The notes under the pieces: generated by a model
Database searches by the model: none
Told to the model about the DNA's origin: nothing
Seen by the model: the letters and a program-made list of their open reading frames with translations, nothing else
Shown here: positions 34,369-45,622 of the stretch, piece by piece
How the letters are laid out: each line of letters opens with the position of its first letter
Numbering within the stretch: position 1 is the stretch's first letter
Assembly: GCF_001194135.2 (NCBI RefSeq)
Contig: NC_068997.1
Coordinates: 35,999,078 to 36,047,560, forward strand
Direction: 5' to 3'
Origin: Octopus bimaculoides
Taxonomy: Eukaryota
DNA length: 48,483 bases
Program-made: the position numbers and the translations under genes

Positions 34369-35329
34369 CCACCTTTTTTTCCTTCCCTGAGCGTTTGCTA
34401 ATACTTTACATACACGTCCTCGCATTGTTGTTTTTTTGTGTTTGTTCTTGGTTTTTTTTATTTACTATATATATATATATATGTAAGAACGACCGTGCGA
34501 ACTCAAAAAGGAGAAATGGTGACGAATGGAAAAACAGGACTCCTTTTATTTAAAACGCGTCACACGGTCGAACACAAAAATATATATCAATGATGATATA
34601 CAAATATGTTATACTACGATAACATAGATGGCCAGTAATTAAGACGCTATTGAACACAACCGTATAAGATGAATAACAGAATTACTTATTGTGACATTAA
34701 AAATGTATGTCTGTGTGTGAGTGTGAATGCGACATATAAAAACATAATAAAAGACAGGCCGTCGTATAAAGAAAAGCGTGTATGTGAGTGATACATGTAT
34801 GTGTATGCGTTATATACAGCAGATAAAAAGAGAGTCAGTAACACGTGAGCATTTATACCAATTCTTAGAGTACACAATAGGAAGAGTCTGTATGTGAAAG
34901 AAGTTGAGGCGTATGTGTGGCAGTGCGATCACTAGTTGTGATGTTGTGGCTTCCATGCCGGGCCGGGTTCTTGAGGACAGACGTTTATCGCAGGCTGAAA
35001 CTCTTGGCTGTTATTTCGTGGTGAAGATGAATCACACAAACAGAATCGAAGAGAGAGAATATGTGCCGCGGTTACGGTTTGGTTATGGGTGTACATAGAA
35101 AGTCGTGTTGACGCTGGAGGCGATGATGCTGGTTAGTAGTCGTAGACTCGTATTGCTGATGGCGACGATGGTGGGTCATGGCTGGACGAAGCTGTGCTTG
35201 TTGTCGCTGGAACTGCTGCTGCTGCTGTGTGTGGTACACGGAACAGTCTCTAAGAGAAACTGAACCGAGACGAATTTTGCTGCTGAATTAAAGCTATTTA
35301 AAGCAAAATAGGGGCTCCAAGACCGTAGT

Positions 35330-35490
35330 AGAAAAACACTATCACGTGACCTTATTAGGAGCTGTGATTGGTCAGTTTGCATTCTGGCGGGAAAGGTTCG
35401 AAGAATTTGCCGCTTCAAATAATTATCAGTCACATGATGACAGGGAGATGTGTTTTCCACTACGCCTGCGCTTGTTTATATATAAATGAG
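35330..35490. promoter_or_regulatory. Candidate CpG-rich host promoter
   Basis: E-box ATCACGTGAC 35341-35350; inverted CCAAT (ATTGG 35367-35371); E2F consensus TTTSSCGC twice (minus 35387-35394, plus 35406-35413); CHR-like TTCAAA 35414-35419; GTCACATGAT 35429-35438. Embedded in non-repetitive CpG-rich DNA from about 34.5 to 35.5 kb. Confidence 0.55.
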
Positions 35491-35954
35491 AAGATAGTTT
35501 GTATGTAATGGCGATAGTAGTTTTGTATCTAATGGCGATAGGTAGTTTCACTACATATATATATATAAAACTCAATCCATCCTTATCCATCCATTAACTT
35601 CCCCTATAAACTTTTTTTTATCCACAATTATTTGTCTATATTTACAAGTGTTTTCAACTCTTAGTGAAAAAAGATAATAGTAATAGAAAATTGTAGTGAT
35701 GCTTCATTCCCTAAACAGATGAGCATACAGTATAACAATTAAAACTCAGGATCTTTTGCAAAACACAAACCTTTACATATAGATGTACTTGATGAGACCC
35801 AGATTGCAAAATTGATACAACAGAACATGTTGAAAGGTATCCCATCCGTAAGGGACAATAGCAGGATGGGTTGGCCATTGTACAAAATACAGATTAATAT
35901 CAAACCCATCTTCATGTTACTTAAAAAATTATTATTATCGAAATTATTATTATA

Positions 35955-36705
35955 GGTGCAAGTGTGTCTGTGTGGTATGTAGCTTGCTTCCCAACCACAA
36001 TCAGTCCCACTGCATGGCACCTTGGGCAAGTGTCTTCTATTATAGCCTCAGTCTGACCAAAGCCTTCTGAGTGGATTTGGTAGACAGAAACTGAAAGAAG
36101 CCTGTCATGTATTTACTCTTTTACTTGTTTCAGTCATTTGACTGCGGCCATGCTGGAGCACCGCCTTTAGTCAAGAAAATCGACCCCAGGACTTATCCTT
36201 TGTAAGCCCAGTACTTATTCTATCGGTCTCTTTTGCCAAACCACTAAGTTACGGGGACGTAAACACACCAGCATCGGTTGTCAAGTGATGTTGGGGGGAC
36301 AAACACATACACACACACACACATATATATATATATACATATATACAACGGGCTTCTTTTCAGTTTCCATCTACCAAATCCACTCATAAGGCTTTGGTCG
36401 GCCCGAGGCTATAGTAGAAGACACCCAAGGTGCCACGCAGTGGGACTGAACCCAGAACCATGTGACTGGTAAGCAAGCTACTTACCACACAGCCACTAGT
36501 GTCTGTGTTTATCCCCCCACCATCACTTGACAACCAATTTTCATGTGTTTATGTCCCCATAACCTAGCAGTTCGGCAAAAGTGATGGATAGAATAAGTAC
36601 TAGGCTTACAAAGAACAAGTCCTGGGGTCGATTCGTTCAACTAAAGGTTGTCCTCCATCATGGCCACAATCAAATGACTGAAACAAATAAACGAATAAAA
36701 GAATT
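35955..36705 (+). mobile_element. tRNA-derived SINE (head 35955-36110, tail 36498-36705), interrupted by an inverted copy of itself
   Basis: The head is the reverse complement of 36346-36497 and the tail is the reverse complement of 36115-36310. Confidence 0.8.
36112..36497 (-). mobile_element. Complete SINE copy (head, (TA/TG)n, tail) nested in opposite orientation
   Basis: Minus-strand head with B-box-like GGGTTCAGTCCC, central microsatellite 36301-36345, tail ending ...CTGAAACAAGTAAAAAGAGT. Confidence 0.82.
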
Positions 36706-36865
36706 ATTATCTCAACTAAAGCTGCGGAATTCCTGAAGTAGACCCAACAGAAATATACCCCAACTACAGATAATGTCAGGTAGCCCAAACTGTGCCAGTA
36801 CACTAGTCAACACTTCAGCACACAAACTGACATATACCCATTACTCCAAAAATATTAAATATATA

Positions 36866-37460
36866 TAGACAAAACACAAACCCCTTCAGCTAGATGGCCC
36901 TGCTCGATCTGTAGAAAAGGCATAGGTAGAAACTCTACAAGATGTACACAGTGCAAGCTATGGACACATAAGAGGTGCAGCAATATCAAAGGAAGGTTAA
37001 CTAGGAAGTTAGTTTTTGTATGTGGCAGATGTTCAGGAGCAATAAACACTGAAAATGTGCAGAAAACAACTTTGGCCACATTCCAGGGAGAAAAACTAGA
37101 CTTAGTTAATTGCTTCCGCTATCTACGTAACCAAGTTAGTAGTGGGGGAGGGTGCGCTGAAAGTGTAGCTGCTAGAATAAGAATAGCTTCGGCAAAGTTC
37201 AGAGAGCTCTTACCTCTGCTGGTGACAAGTGGCCTCTCACTCAGAGTAAAAGGCAGACTGTATGACGCATGTGTACAAACAGCCATGCTACATGGCAGTG
37301 AAACATGGGCCGTAACTGCTGAGGACATGCGTAAGCTCACAAGGAATAAAGCCAGTATGCTCCGATGGATGTGTAATGTCAGTGTGCATACTCGACAGAG
37401 TGTAAGTACCTTGAGAGAAAAGTTGAACCTAAGAAGCATCAGTTGTGGTGTGCAAGAGAG
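36866..37460 (+). mobile_element. RTE LINE fragment (post-RT region)
   Basis: WPCSICRKG...FRYL...GGGCAESVAARIRIA...KGRLYDACVQTAMLHGSETW. Confidence 0.88.
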
Positions 37461-38385
37461 TCCATAGCTNNNNNNNNNNNNNNNNNNNNNNNNNNNNNNN
37501 NNNNNNNNNNNNNNNNNNNNNNNNNNNNNNNNNNNNNNNNNNNNNNNNNNNNNNNNNNNNNNNNNNNNNNNNNNNNNNNNNNNNNNNNNNNNNNNNNNNN
37601 NNNNNNNNNNNNNNNNNNNNNNNNNNNNNNNNNNNNNTGGGTACATCTTATGGAGTTTCTACCTACACCTTTTCTACAGATTGAGCAGGGCCATCTACCT
37701 GAAGGGGTTTGTGTTTTATCTACCTTCCTACTTATTAGGACTTTGGTTTTAGCTAGGTTCACTCTAAGGCCCTTCGATTCTAGTCCCTGCTTCCACACCT
37801 GAAACTTCTCCTCTAGTTCTCATAGTGACTCAGCAATTAGTGCAAAGTCATCAGCATAGAGGAGCTCCCAGGGGCATCCTGTCTTGAATTCCTGTGTTAT
37901 TGCCTGGAGGACTATGATAAATAGGAGGGGACTGAGGACTGAACCTTGGTGGACCCCTACCTCTACCCGGAATTCATCAGTGTACTCATTGCTAACCCTA
38001 ACCTTACTGACAGCATGGCTCACACAGCTTTCACTAACCATTCTTCTATCCCGAGTTTCCTCATTGACCACCAGATAAGGGATCAGGGGACCCTGTCAAA
38101 GGCTTTCTCCATGTCAATGAAACTCAGGTACAGAGGTTTATCCTTGGCTAGGTATTTCTCCTGCAGCTGTCTTACCAGAAATATAGCATCAGTGGTGCTT
38201 TTCCCTGGCACGAACCCAAACTGCATCTCATCTAAACTGACTCGCTCCCTAATTAGTTGGGCTATCACCCTCTCCGTGACTTTCATTACCTGATCTAACA
38301 GCTTGATACCTCTGTAATTATTTGTATCTAAAGCGTCACCTTTATCTTTGTAGCAGTTGACTATGGTACTGCTACACCAGTCATT
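37461..38385 (-). mobile_element. RTE LINE fragment (RT core), joined tail-to-tail with 36866-37460
   Basis: NYRGIKLL, FIDMEKAFDRVP, HQGSVLSP, LYADD. N gap at 37470-37637 inside. Confidence 0.9.
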
Positions 38386-38489
38386 TGTGTGTTATTTTAA
38401 ATGGCTTATAAACACCTTCTACACTGCAATTGTTTTCGTTCCAGCACACAATCTCAGATCAGGTCACTTGCTATGCAAGTACATCTCCG

Positions 38490-38529
<40 letters not shown>

Positions 38530-38554
38530 AAAATAAGACAAGGTAGAAAATGCA

Positions 38555-39950
38555 AAACTAATTTTACCATGAAGAACATTTTAGTACCTACGTGAAAACA
38601 AAATTTGTTGTTCTCAAATTTCCTATTGAAGAGGAGTTGTTTAGCTGTTAGGATAGCTAGGCGTTCTGATAAACAGAGGTCACAGCATCTATTGGCAGTG
38701 TTGTATGAGATTGTTTTTGCAAGTATATGCCAGTTTAATCTATAATCTATTTTTTTTCCTTAAATTCCCAAATATATCTATTGAGCCCTATTGAGTTAGC
38801 CTTATTTCTATTTCTGAAGCTAGATTGATGTGCATTATATCTAGGAATCATTTGGTTCTTAGTGGCGCCTGTGTATGATTTTATCTGGCTATTTGTGTGC
38901 ACGTCACATTGGTAAACTACGTTATTAGTCTTGCATCTATTTGAGAAATGGCACTTTGTTCTATCCCTGCAGCCACATAAATTATTAGGTATATATGTGT
39001 TTTTGTTATGTTGTGGGGGTCTATTACTGTTCTGGTCTATATCTAAGTTAGTAGGAGGTGCTACATTAGTGGTGGGCTTAGTTCTATTAGTTGGTTGGTT
39101 ATTATTTTTATTGTTCACAATCTTTCTAGTTTCATAGAATTTGTCTAGTTTTTTATTATTTATTGAGGCTATGATTGTAGCTAAGTTATTGGTCAGGCTG
39201 TGGCCTATTCTAATTTTATTCCTAAATAATTCTGAGTATTTATTATTAATGTTTAGGTGTTTATCTATGATTTTCATTAACGAGAGAACTATGTTTGATT
39301 TGAGGTGCATGGTGTAGGGGATTATGAGCCAGATATTATTACTATTTTGTTTATTTTTTGTATCGTTTTTTTCTAGTATAGAAACTACCCTCCTTGTTTG
39401 TGAGTCATGTGACGTTATGGTTATGGCTATCTTGCTTATTTCCATAGTTATTTCCTGTTATTTTTGTCTATTCTGTTGGTGTTGTTTGCATAGGGTTTAT
39501 GTGGCCTGGTTTTCTTGTTATTAACAGGGTTCATATTGGTTCTTTGGTGCGCTTTAGTTTTATTCATACCGATGTGTAGGTCTATATTATTATTTTTGTA
39601 GCTAATGTTACTTTTGGGCTTATTTGTGTACTTGGTGTTATTAGTTGTGTTAATATTGTTAATCTTATTGATTATCACTTTATCAGTATTAATGTTCTGG
39701 TTATTTTTGTTGTTATTGGTGGTTTGTGTATGGGCCTTGGCGTTGTTCATATTGGTGTTGTTTTTATTGGGGTTACCCATACTGTTCTTATTGTTGGTGT
39801 AGTTTGTGCTGATGTATGGTGTGTGGTTGGTGTTAACGGTATTAGTGAGTGGGTTACTGTTATTTGGGCTAATTGTATGGTGATTAGGGTCAAAGGATTT
39901 AATTTTTTGTTTAAATCCTGCTTTCCGTAGTGCAGAATTATAAATTACTT
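38555..39950 (-). mobile_element. Penelope-like element 3' part: RT thumb/linker plus GIY-YIG endonuclease
   Basis: IYNSALRKAGF; NNIWLIIPY (NIIWFNPPY motif); CGCRDRTKCHFSNRCKTNNVVYQC...SYTGATKN...RYNAHQSSF...YIWEFK, then frameshifted WHILAKTISYN...CCDLCLSERLAIL. Confidence 0.85.
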
Positions 39951-39984
39951 TATGTATGTATATATTTATGTATGCGTTTTTGTG

Positions 39985-40187
39985 TCTGTGTTTGTCCACA
40001 CTCCATCACTTGACAACCGATGTTGGTGAGTTTATGTCCCATAACTTATCGGTTCAGCAGAAGAGAATGATAGAATAAGCACCAGGCTTACAAAGAATAA
40101 GTCCAGGGTTCAATATCTTCAACTAAAAGGCGATTCTACAGCATGGCCACACTCAAATGACTGAAACAAGTAAAACAGTAAAAGAGT
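39985..40187 (+). mobile_element. SINE tail fragment (same family as 36498-36705)
   Basis: CTTGACAACCGATG...GATAGAATAAG...CAAATGACTGAAACAAGTAAAA. Confidence 0.78.
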
Positions 40188-40202
40188 AATATATATATGT
40201 AT

Positions 40203-42805
40203 ATCATCATCATCATGATCATCATCGTTTAACGTCCGCATTCCATGCTAGCATGGGTTGGACAATTTGACTGAGGACTGGCAAGCCAGATGGCTGCACC
40301 AGGCTCCAATTTGATCTGGCAGAGTTTCTACAGCTGGATGCCTTTCCTAACGCCAATCACTCCGAGAGTGTAGTGGGTACTTTTACGTGCCACCGGCACA
40401 AGGGCCAGTCATGCAGTACTGGCAATGGCCATGCTCAAAAAGGTGTTTTTTACGTGCCACCTTCACGGGAGCCAGTCTCATGGCACTGGCAACGATCTCG
40501 CTCGAATGATTTTCTAAATGTGCCACCAGCATAAGTGCTAGAAGGCAACGCTGGTAACGATTAAACTCAAATGGTGCTATTTACAGGCCACTAGCATGGT
40601 AGACAGAGCTGTTCTGGCAATGAAGATGCTCGATAGTGCTGTTAGTGCTCTACTGGCGCAGTGCCAGTCATCGAGTATGGTTCAATTATGATTTCACTTG
40701 CCCCAACAGGTCTTCACAAGCAGAATTTAGTGTCCAATGAAGGAGAGGTTGGCATGGGTGCAAGTCGTCGGTTTCAGTTTGATTTCGATTTCAAATTTCA
40801 AATTCATTTGCCTCAACAGGTCTTCGCAAGCAGGGTTTTTAATGACCAGTGACGTAAAGATACGGATTAGTGAGCTGGCTATACTTCTGGCAGAGATCAC
40901 AGATTATGCTCTCACTTGCCTTGCCGGGTCTTCTCACGTACAGCGTATTTCCAAAGGTCCCGGTCACTGGTCATTGCCTCGGTGAGGCCTTAAGTTCGAA
41001 GGTCGTGCTTCACCAACTCATCCCAGGTTCTGGGTCTACCTCTTCCACAGGTTCACTCAACTGCTAGGGTGTGGCACTTATTCACACAGCTATCCTCATC
41101 CATTCTTGCCACATGTCCATACCAGCGCAATCATCTCTCTTGCACACCACAACTGATGCTTCTTAGGTCTAACTTTTCTCTCAAGGTACTTGCACTCTAT
41201 CGAGTATGCACACTTACATTACACATCCATCGGAGCATACTGGCTTTGTTTCTTGCAAGCTTACGCATGTCCTCAGCAGTCACAGCCCATGTTTCACTGC
41301 CATGTAGCATGGCTGTTCATACACATGCGTCATACAGCCTGCCTTTTATTCTGAGTGAGAGGTTCTTTGTCACCAGCAGAGGTAAGAGCTCTCTGAACTT
41401 TGCCCAGGCTATTCTTATTCTAGCAGCTACACTTTCAGTGCACCCTCCCCCGCTACAAACTTGGTCACCAAGATAGTGGAAGCTATCAACTACTTCTAGT
41501 TTTTCACCCTGGAGTCTGGTAAAGGTTGTTTTCTGCACATTCTCAATATTTATTGTTCCTGAGCATTTGCCACATGCAAAAACTATCTTGCTAGTTAGCC
41601 GTCCTTTTATATTGCTGCACCTCTTGTGTATCCATAGCTTACACTGGGTACATCTTATGGAGTTTCTACCTACCCCTTTTCTACAGATCGAGCAGGGCCA
41701 TCTACCTGAAGGGATTTGTGTTTTGTCTACCTTCCTACTTATTAGGACTTTGGTTTTTGCTAGGTTGACTCTAAGGCCCTTTGATTCTAGTCCTTGCTTT
41801 CACATCTGAAACTTCTCCTCTAGTTCTAATAGTAACTCTCCATGTCAACGAAAGCCAGGTACAGAGGTTTATCCTTGGCTAGGTATTTCTCCTGCAGCTG
41901 TCTTACCAGAAATATAGCATCAGTGGTGCTTTTCCCTGGCACGAACCCAAACTGCATCTCATCTAAACTGACTCTCTCCCTAATTAGTTGGGCTATGACC
42001 CTCTCTGTGACTTTCATTACCTGATCTAACAGCTTGATACCTCTGTAATTATTTGTATCTAAAGCGTCACCTTTACCTTTGTAGCAGCTGACTATGGTCC
42101 TGCTACACCAGTCATTGGGTATGACTCCTTCATGTATCACCTGGTTAACAATATGGGTGACTAGGCTATAGCCGACACTGCCAGATATTTTGAGCATCTC
42201 TGCAGTGATTCCAGATGGGCCGGGGGCCTTCCCTGTCTTCATACTCTTAATTGCTTTATCTACTATGTTACTGTCAACTCAGATAGCTGGTCCCTCTGTT
42301 GGGTTGACAATCGGCAGACTCTCTTTCTCCCATTCATTTTCTCCCATTCATTTTCTTTATTGAGCAATCTTTCGTAGTGGCATCTCCAAACCTCTTCCTT
42401 TGCTGCCTCGTTTAGTACAAGCGTACCATCATCCATGCGAACACATTTCTCTCCCATGACATCACGATTCTCTCTCACGATTCTTGCAACACGAAATACC
42501 TCAAGTCTTTGGTCCTCACGGCGGAGATCATTGGCAAACTTTTTCTTATCTGCTTCCCCTTATCTGGCTAAATAAACTTGTCGCCTAGCTTCCCTTTTGG
42601 CAGTCTGATTCAATTCCCTGCTACCACCATTCTTCCAGTCTTTCCAAGCCTGTTTCTTTTGTCTAATAGCCCTATCAACAACATTGTTCCACCACCACGT
42701 TATTTTGGGTCGAGAGGGGACCTTGCACCATCCACAGATCTGGTCAGTGGCCCTCAGCAGGTTGTCCCGCAGAAATGTCCAGTTGTCCTCTACATTGCGT
42801 GAAGA
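40203..42805 (-). mobile_element. 5'-truncated RTE LINE with deletion of the RT catalytic core
   Basis: (GAT)n tail at 40203. ORF from SRNVEDNW to GRGRP. At about 41840 AFVDME joins directly to ELEEKF, so QGS and YADD are missing. Confidence 0.9.
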
Positions 42806-44016
42806 TTTAGAGACTTATTACTCGAAGCATTTGACGAAATAGAAGGGGTTATAGCATCACATAACATGGAAGACAATTGGAAGTTTCTACAGGACACATG
42901 TGTACATGTATGACACATGTGTACGAACAGCCATGCTTCATGGCAGTGAAACATGGGCTGTGATTGCTGAGGACATGCATAAGCTCGCAAGGAATGAAGC
43001 CAGTATGCTCCAATGGATGTGTAATGTCAATGTGCATACTAGACAGAGTATTAGTACCTTGAGAGAAAAGTTGAATTTACGAAGCATCCGTTGTGGTGTG
43101 CAAGAGAGACGATTGCGCTGGTATGGTCATGTAGCGAGAATGAATGAGGATAGCTGTGTGAAAAAGTGTCACACCCTAGCAGTTGAGGGAACCTGTGGAA
43201 GAGGTAGGCCCAGGAAGACCTGGGATGAGGTGGTGAGGCACGACCTTCGAACATTGGGCCTCACCGAGGCGATGACTTCTGACCGAGACCTTTAGAAATA
43301 TGCTGTGCGTGAGAAGACCCGGCAAGCCAAGTGAGAGCTAAATCTAAGGCCTCAGCCAGTCCACTTATGCGTACCTTCCTTCATTGGNNNNNNNNNNNNN
43401 NNNNNNNNNNNNNNNNNNNNNNNNNNNNNNNNNNNNNNNNNNNNNNNNNNNNNNNNNNNNNNNNNNNNNNNNNNNNNNNNNNNNNNNNNNNNNNNNNNNN
43501 NNNNNNNNNNNNNNNNNNNNNNNNNNNNNNNNNNNNNNNNNNNNNNNNNNNNNNNNNNNNNNNNNNNNNNNNNNNNNNNNNNNNNNNNNNNNNNNNNNNN
43601 NNNNNNNNNNNNNNNNNNNNNNNNNNNNNNNNNNNNNNNNNNNNNNNNNNNNNNNNNNNNNNNNNNNNNNNNNNNCGTGATGGCACCTGTGCCCAGCGTC
43701 GCTTTTCTGGCACTTGTGCCCGTGGCATGTGTAAGTGAGATCGTTGCCAGTGCGGGTGGCACATAAAATACACCATTTTGAGCGTGGCTGTTGCCAGTAC
43801 CACCTGACTGGCCTTCGTGCCGGTGGCACGTAAAAGCACCCACTACACTCTCTGAGTTGTTGGCGTTAGGAAGGGCATCCAGCTGTAGAAACTCTGCCAA
43901 ATCAGATTGGAGCCTGGTGTAGCCATCTGGTTTCACCAGTCCTCAGTGAAATCGTCCAACCCATGCTAGCATGGAAAGCGGGCGTTAAACGACGATGATG
44001 TTGATGATGATGATGA
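42806..44016 (+). mobile_element. RTE LINE 3' part, head-to-head with 40203-42805
   Basis: RFRDLLLEAFDEIEG...NWKFLQD (42806-42895) is fused to YDTCVRTAMLHGSETW...GRGRPRKTW...SDRDL*, then the 3' UTR and (GAT)n tail. N gap at 43388-43675. Confidence 0.88.
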
Positions 44017-44384
44017 TATATATATATACAGTGGATGGAAATAAATATTCGTACATGTCAAAATTCTTTATTTATTTAATTTCTAATGAACATAAATGGG
44101 ATATACCAATACTATATTTGCATACACATGCATAAACTAAGAATATGCAAAAGAAACTAATAAATTACAGTAACTAATGAATTTATATACACTTATATAT
44201 ATTTAGGGGTGAAAAAGTATTCATACAAAATAAATTTATGATTTTCTATGCCATAAAATACTGTTAAAATAATTTTTTTTTACTTTTTCGTTTGTTCCAA
44301 TAATCTTATCAGTAGTCATTTTTAAATGTCAAAATGCTAACTTCTTCATTCAGCACTGAGACAACATAAGGTAGTGTCGTAATA

Positions 44385-45393
44385 ATGGTGAAAAGTAAAG
44401 AACTCACAACTTCAGTGAAAAACTTAATTATTGAACAGTGGAAAGCAAGTAAAAGTTATAGGAAAATATCAGAAACCCTTTGTATTCCATTTTCTGTCAT
44501 ATCTTCATTTATTCAAAGATATAAAAAATCGGGAACTGTTGAAAACAGAATAAGATCTGGTGCACCATGCAAAATTCCCCTAGATCTTTAAGAAAAATGA
44601 AGTGAAGAATCGAAAAAACAACGCAATGATTACCAGAAACGAGTTGCAAGAAGATTTGTTAGCTTCAGGGACTAGTGTTATACTACAAACAATCAGCAAT
44701 GAACTGAAGACACGCTCTCCTAGAAAAACTCCGCTGTTGACTAAAAGGCATAGAGATGCCTGTTTAAAATTTGCTTATGAACATAAAGATAAATCTGATA
44801 CATTCTGGGAAAATGTTCTATGGACAGACGAGTCAAAAATTGAATTCTTTGGACGAAATTCATATAGCCATGTTTGGATGAAAGATGGTACCGCCTATTT
44901 GCTGAAAAACACAATTCCGACCGTAATGTTTGGAGGCGGTAACATCATGGAGTGGGAGTGTTTCTTGGCAAATTGCGCTGGCAATTTACATGTGATAGAT
45001 GGTAGAATGAATGCAGAGATGTACCAAAATATTTTGAACAATAATTTATGGGACTCTGTAGAAAAGCTCCAGCTTTGTGAATGGTGGGTTTTACAATAGG
45101 ATAACGACCCTACGCACATGGCAAAGTTTACCAAAAAATGGATTGTTGATCACAATATAAAATTATTAGAATGGCCAAGCCAGTCACCTGACTTGAACCC
45201 CATTGAAAATTTGTGGTGTTATTTGAAAATTAAAATTCATTCAAGAGCCCCAACGTGCATTCCAGATTTGAAGAAAATTTGTCAAAAAGAATGGGAAAAA
45301 ATTCCTAAAGAAGCATGCGAGTCATTGATTAAGGACTACAAGAAGAGATTGGTTGAAGTGGAACTGAATAATGGTTATGCTATGAAGTATTAA
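44385..45393 (+). pseudogene. Tc1 transposase (DD34E) with a frameshift near 44590 and TAG at 45097-45099
   Basis: MVKSKELT...RSGAPCK; LWTDESKIEFFG; FGGGNIMEWECF; Q*DNDPTH...WPSQSPDLNPIENLW (34 residues from D to E). Confidence 0.92.
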
Positions 45394-45458
45394 ATCAAAA
45401 TTATCGGTTATTTATGTTCTGTACAAATACTTTTTTCAACCCTAAATATTTACAATTG

Positions 45459-45622
45459 TATTACATACAAAAATAAGAGGGATGACCAGCAAAAGTGGAC
45501 TCCTATGTGCTAGAAATAGATGCCGAATCATCTAACCAGGAATCATCTAACCATTCGGCATCTATTTCTAGCATATAGGAGTCCACTTTTGCTGGTCATC
45601 CCTCTTGTTTTTGTATGTAATA
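45459..45622. repeat. 70-bp-arm inverted repeat (hairpin) within a 250-bp insert in the right Tc1 TIR
   Basis: 45459-45528 versus 45553-45622: 68/70 complementary. The 24-nt loop overlaps a 13-bp direct repeat GAATCATCTAACC (45525-45537, 45540-45552). Confidence 0.95.

Noticed and set aside
40268-40290. CTGAGGA-CTGGC-AA-GCCAG hammerhead-like start in the RTE 3' UTR (also about 43925-43950 minus)
   Set aside because: No GAAA after the stem and no stem III or NUH site.
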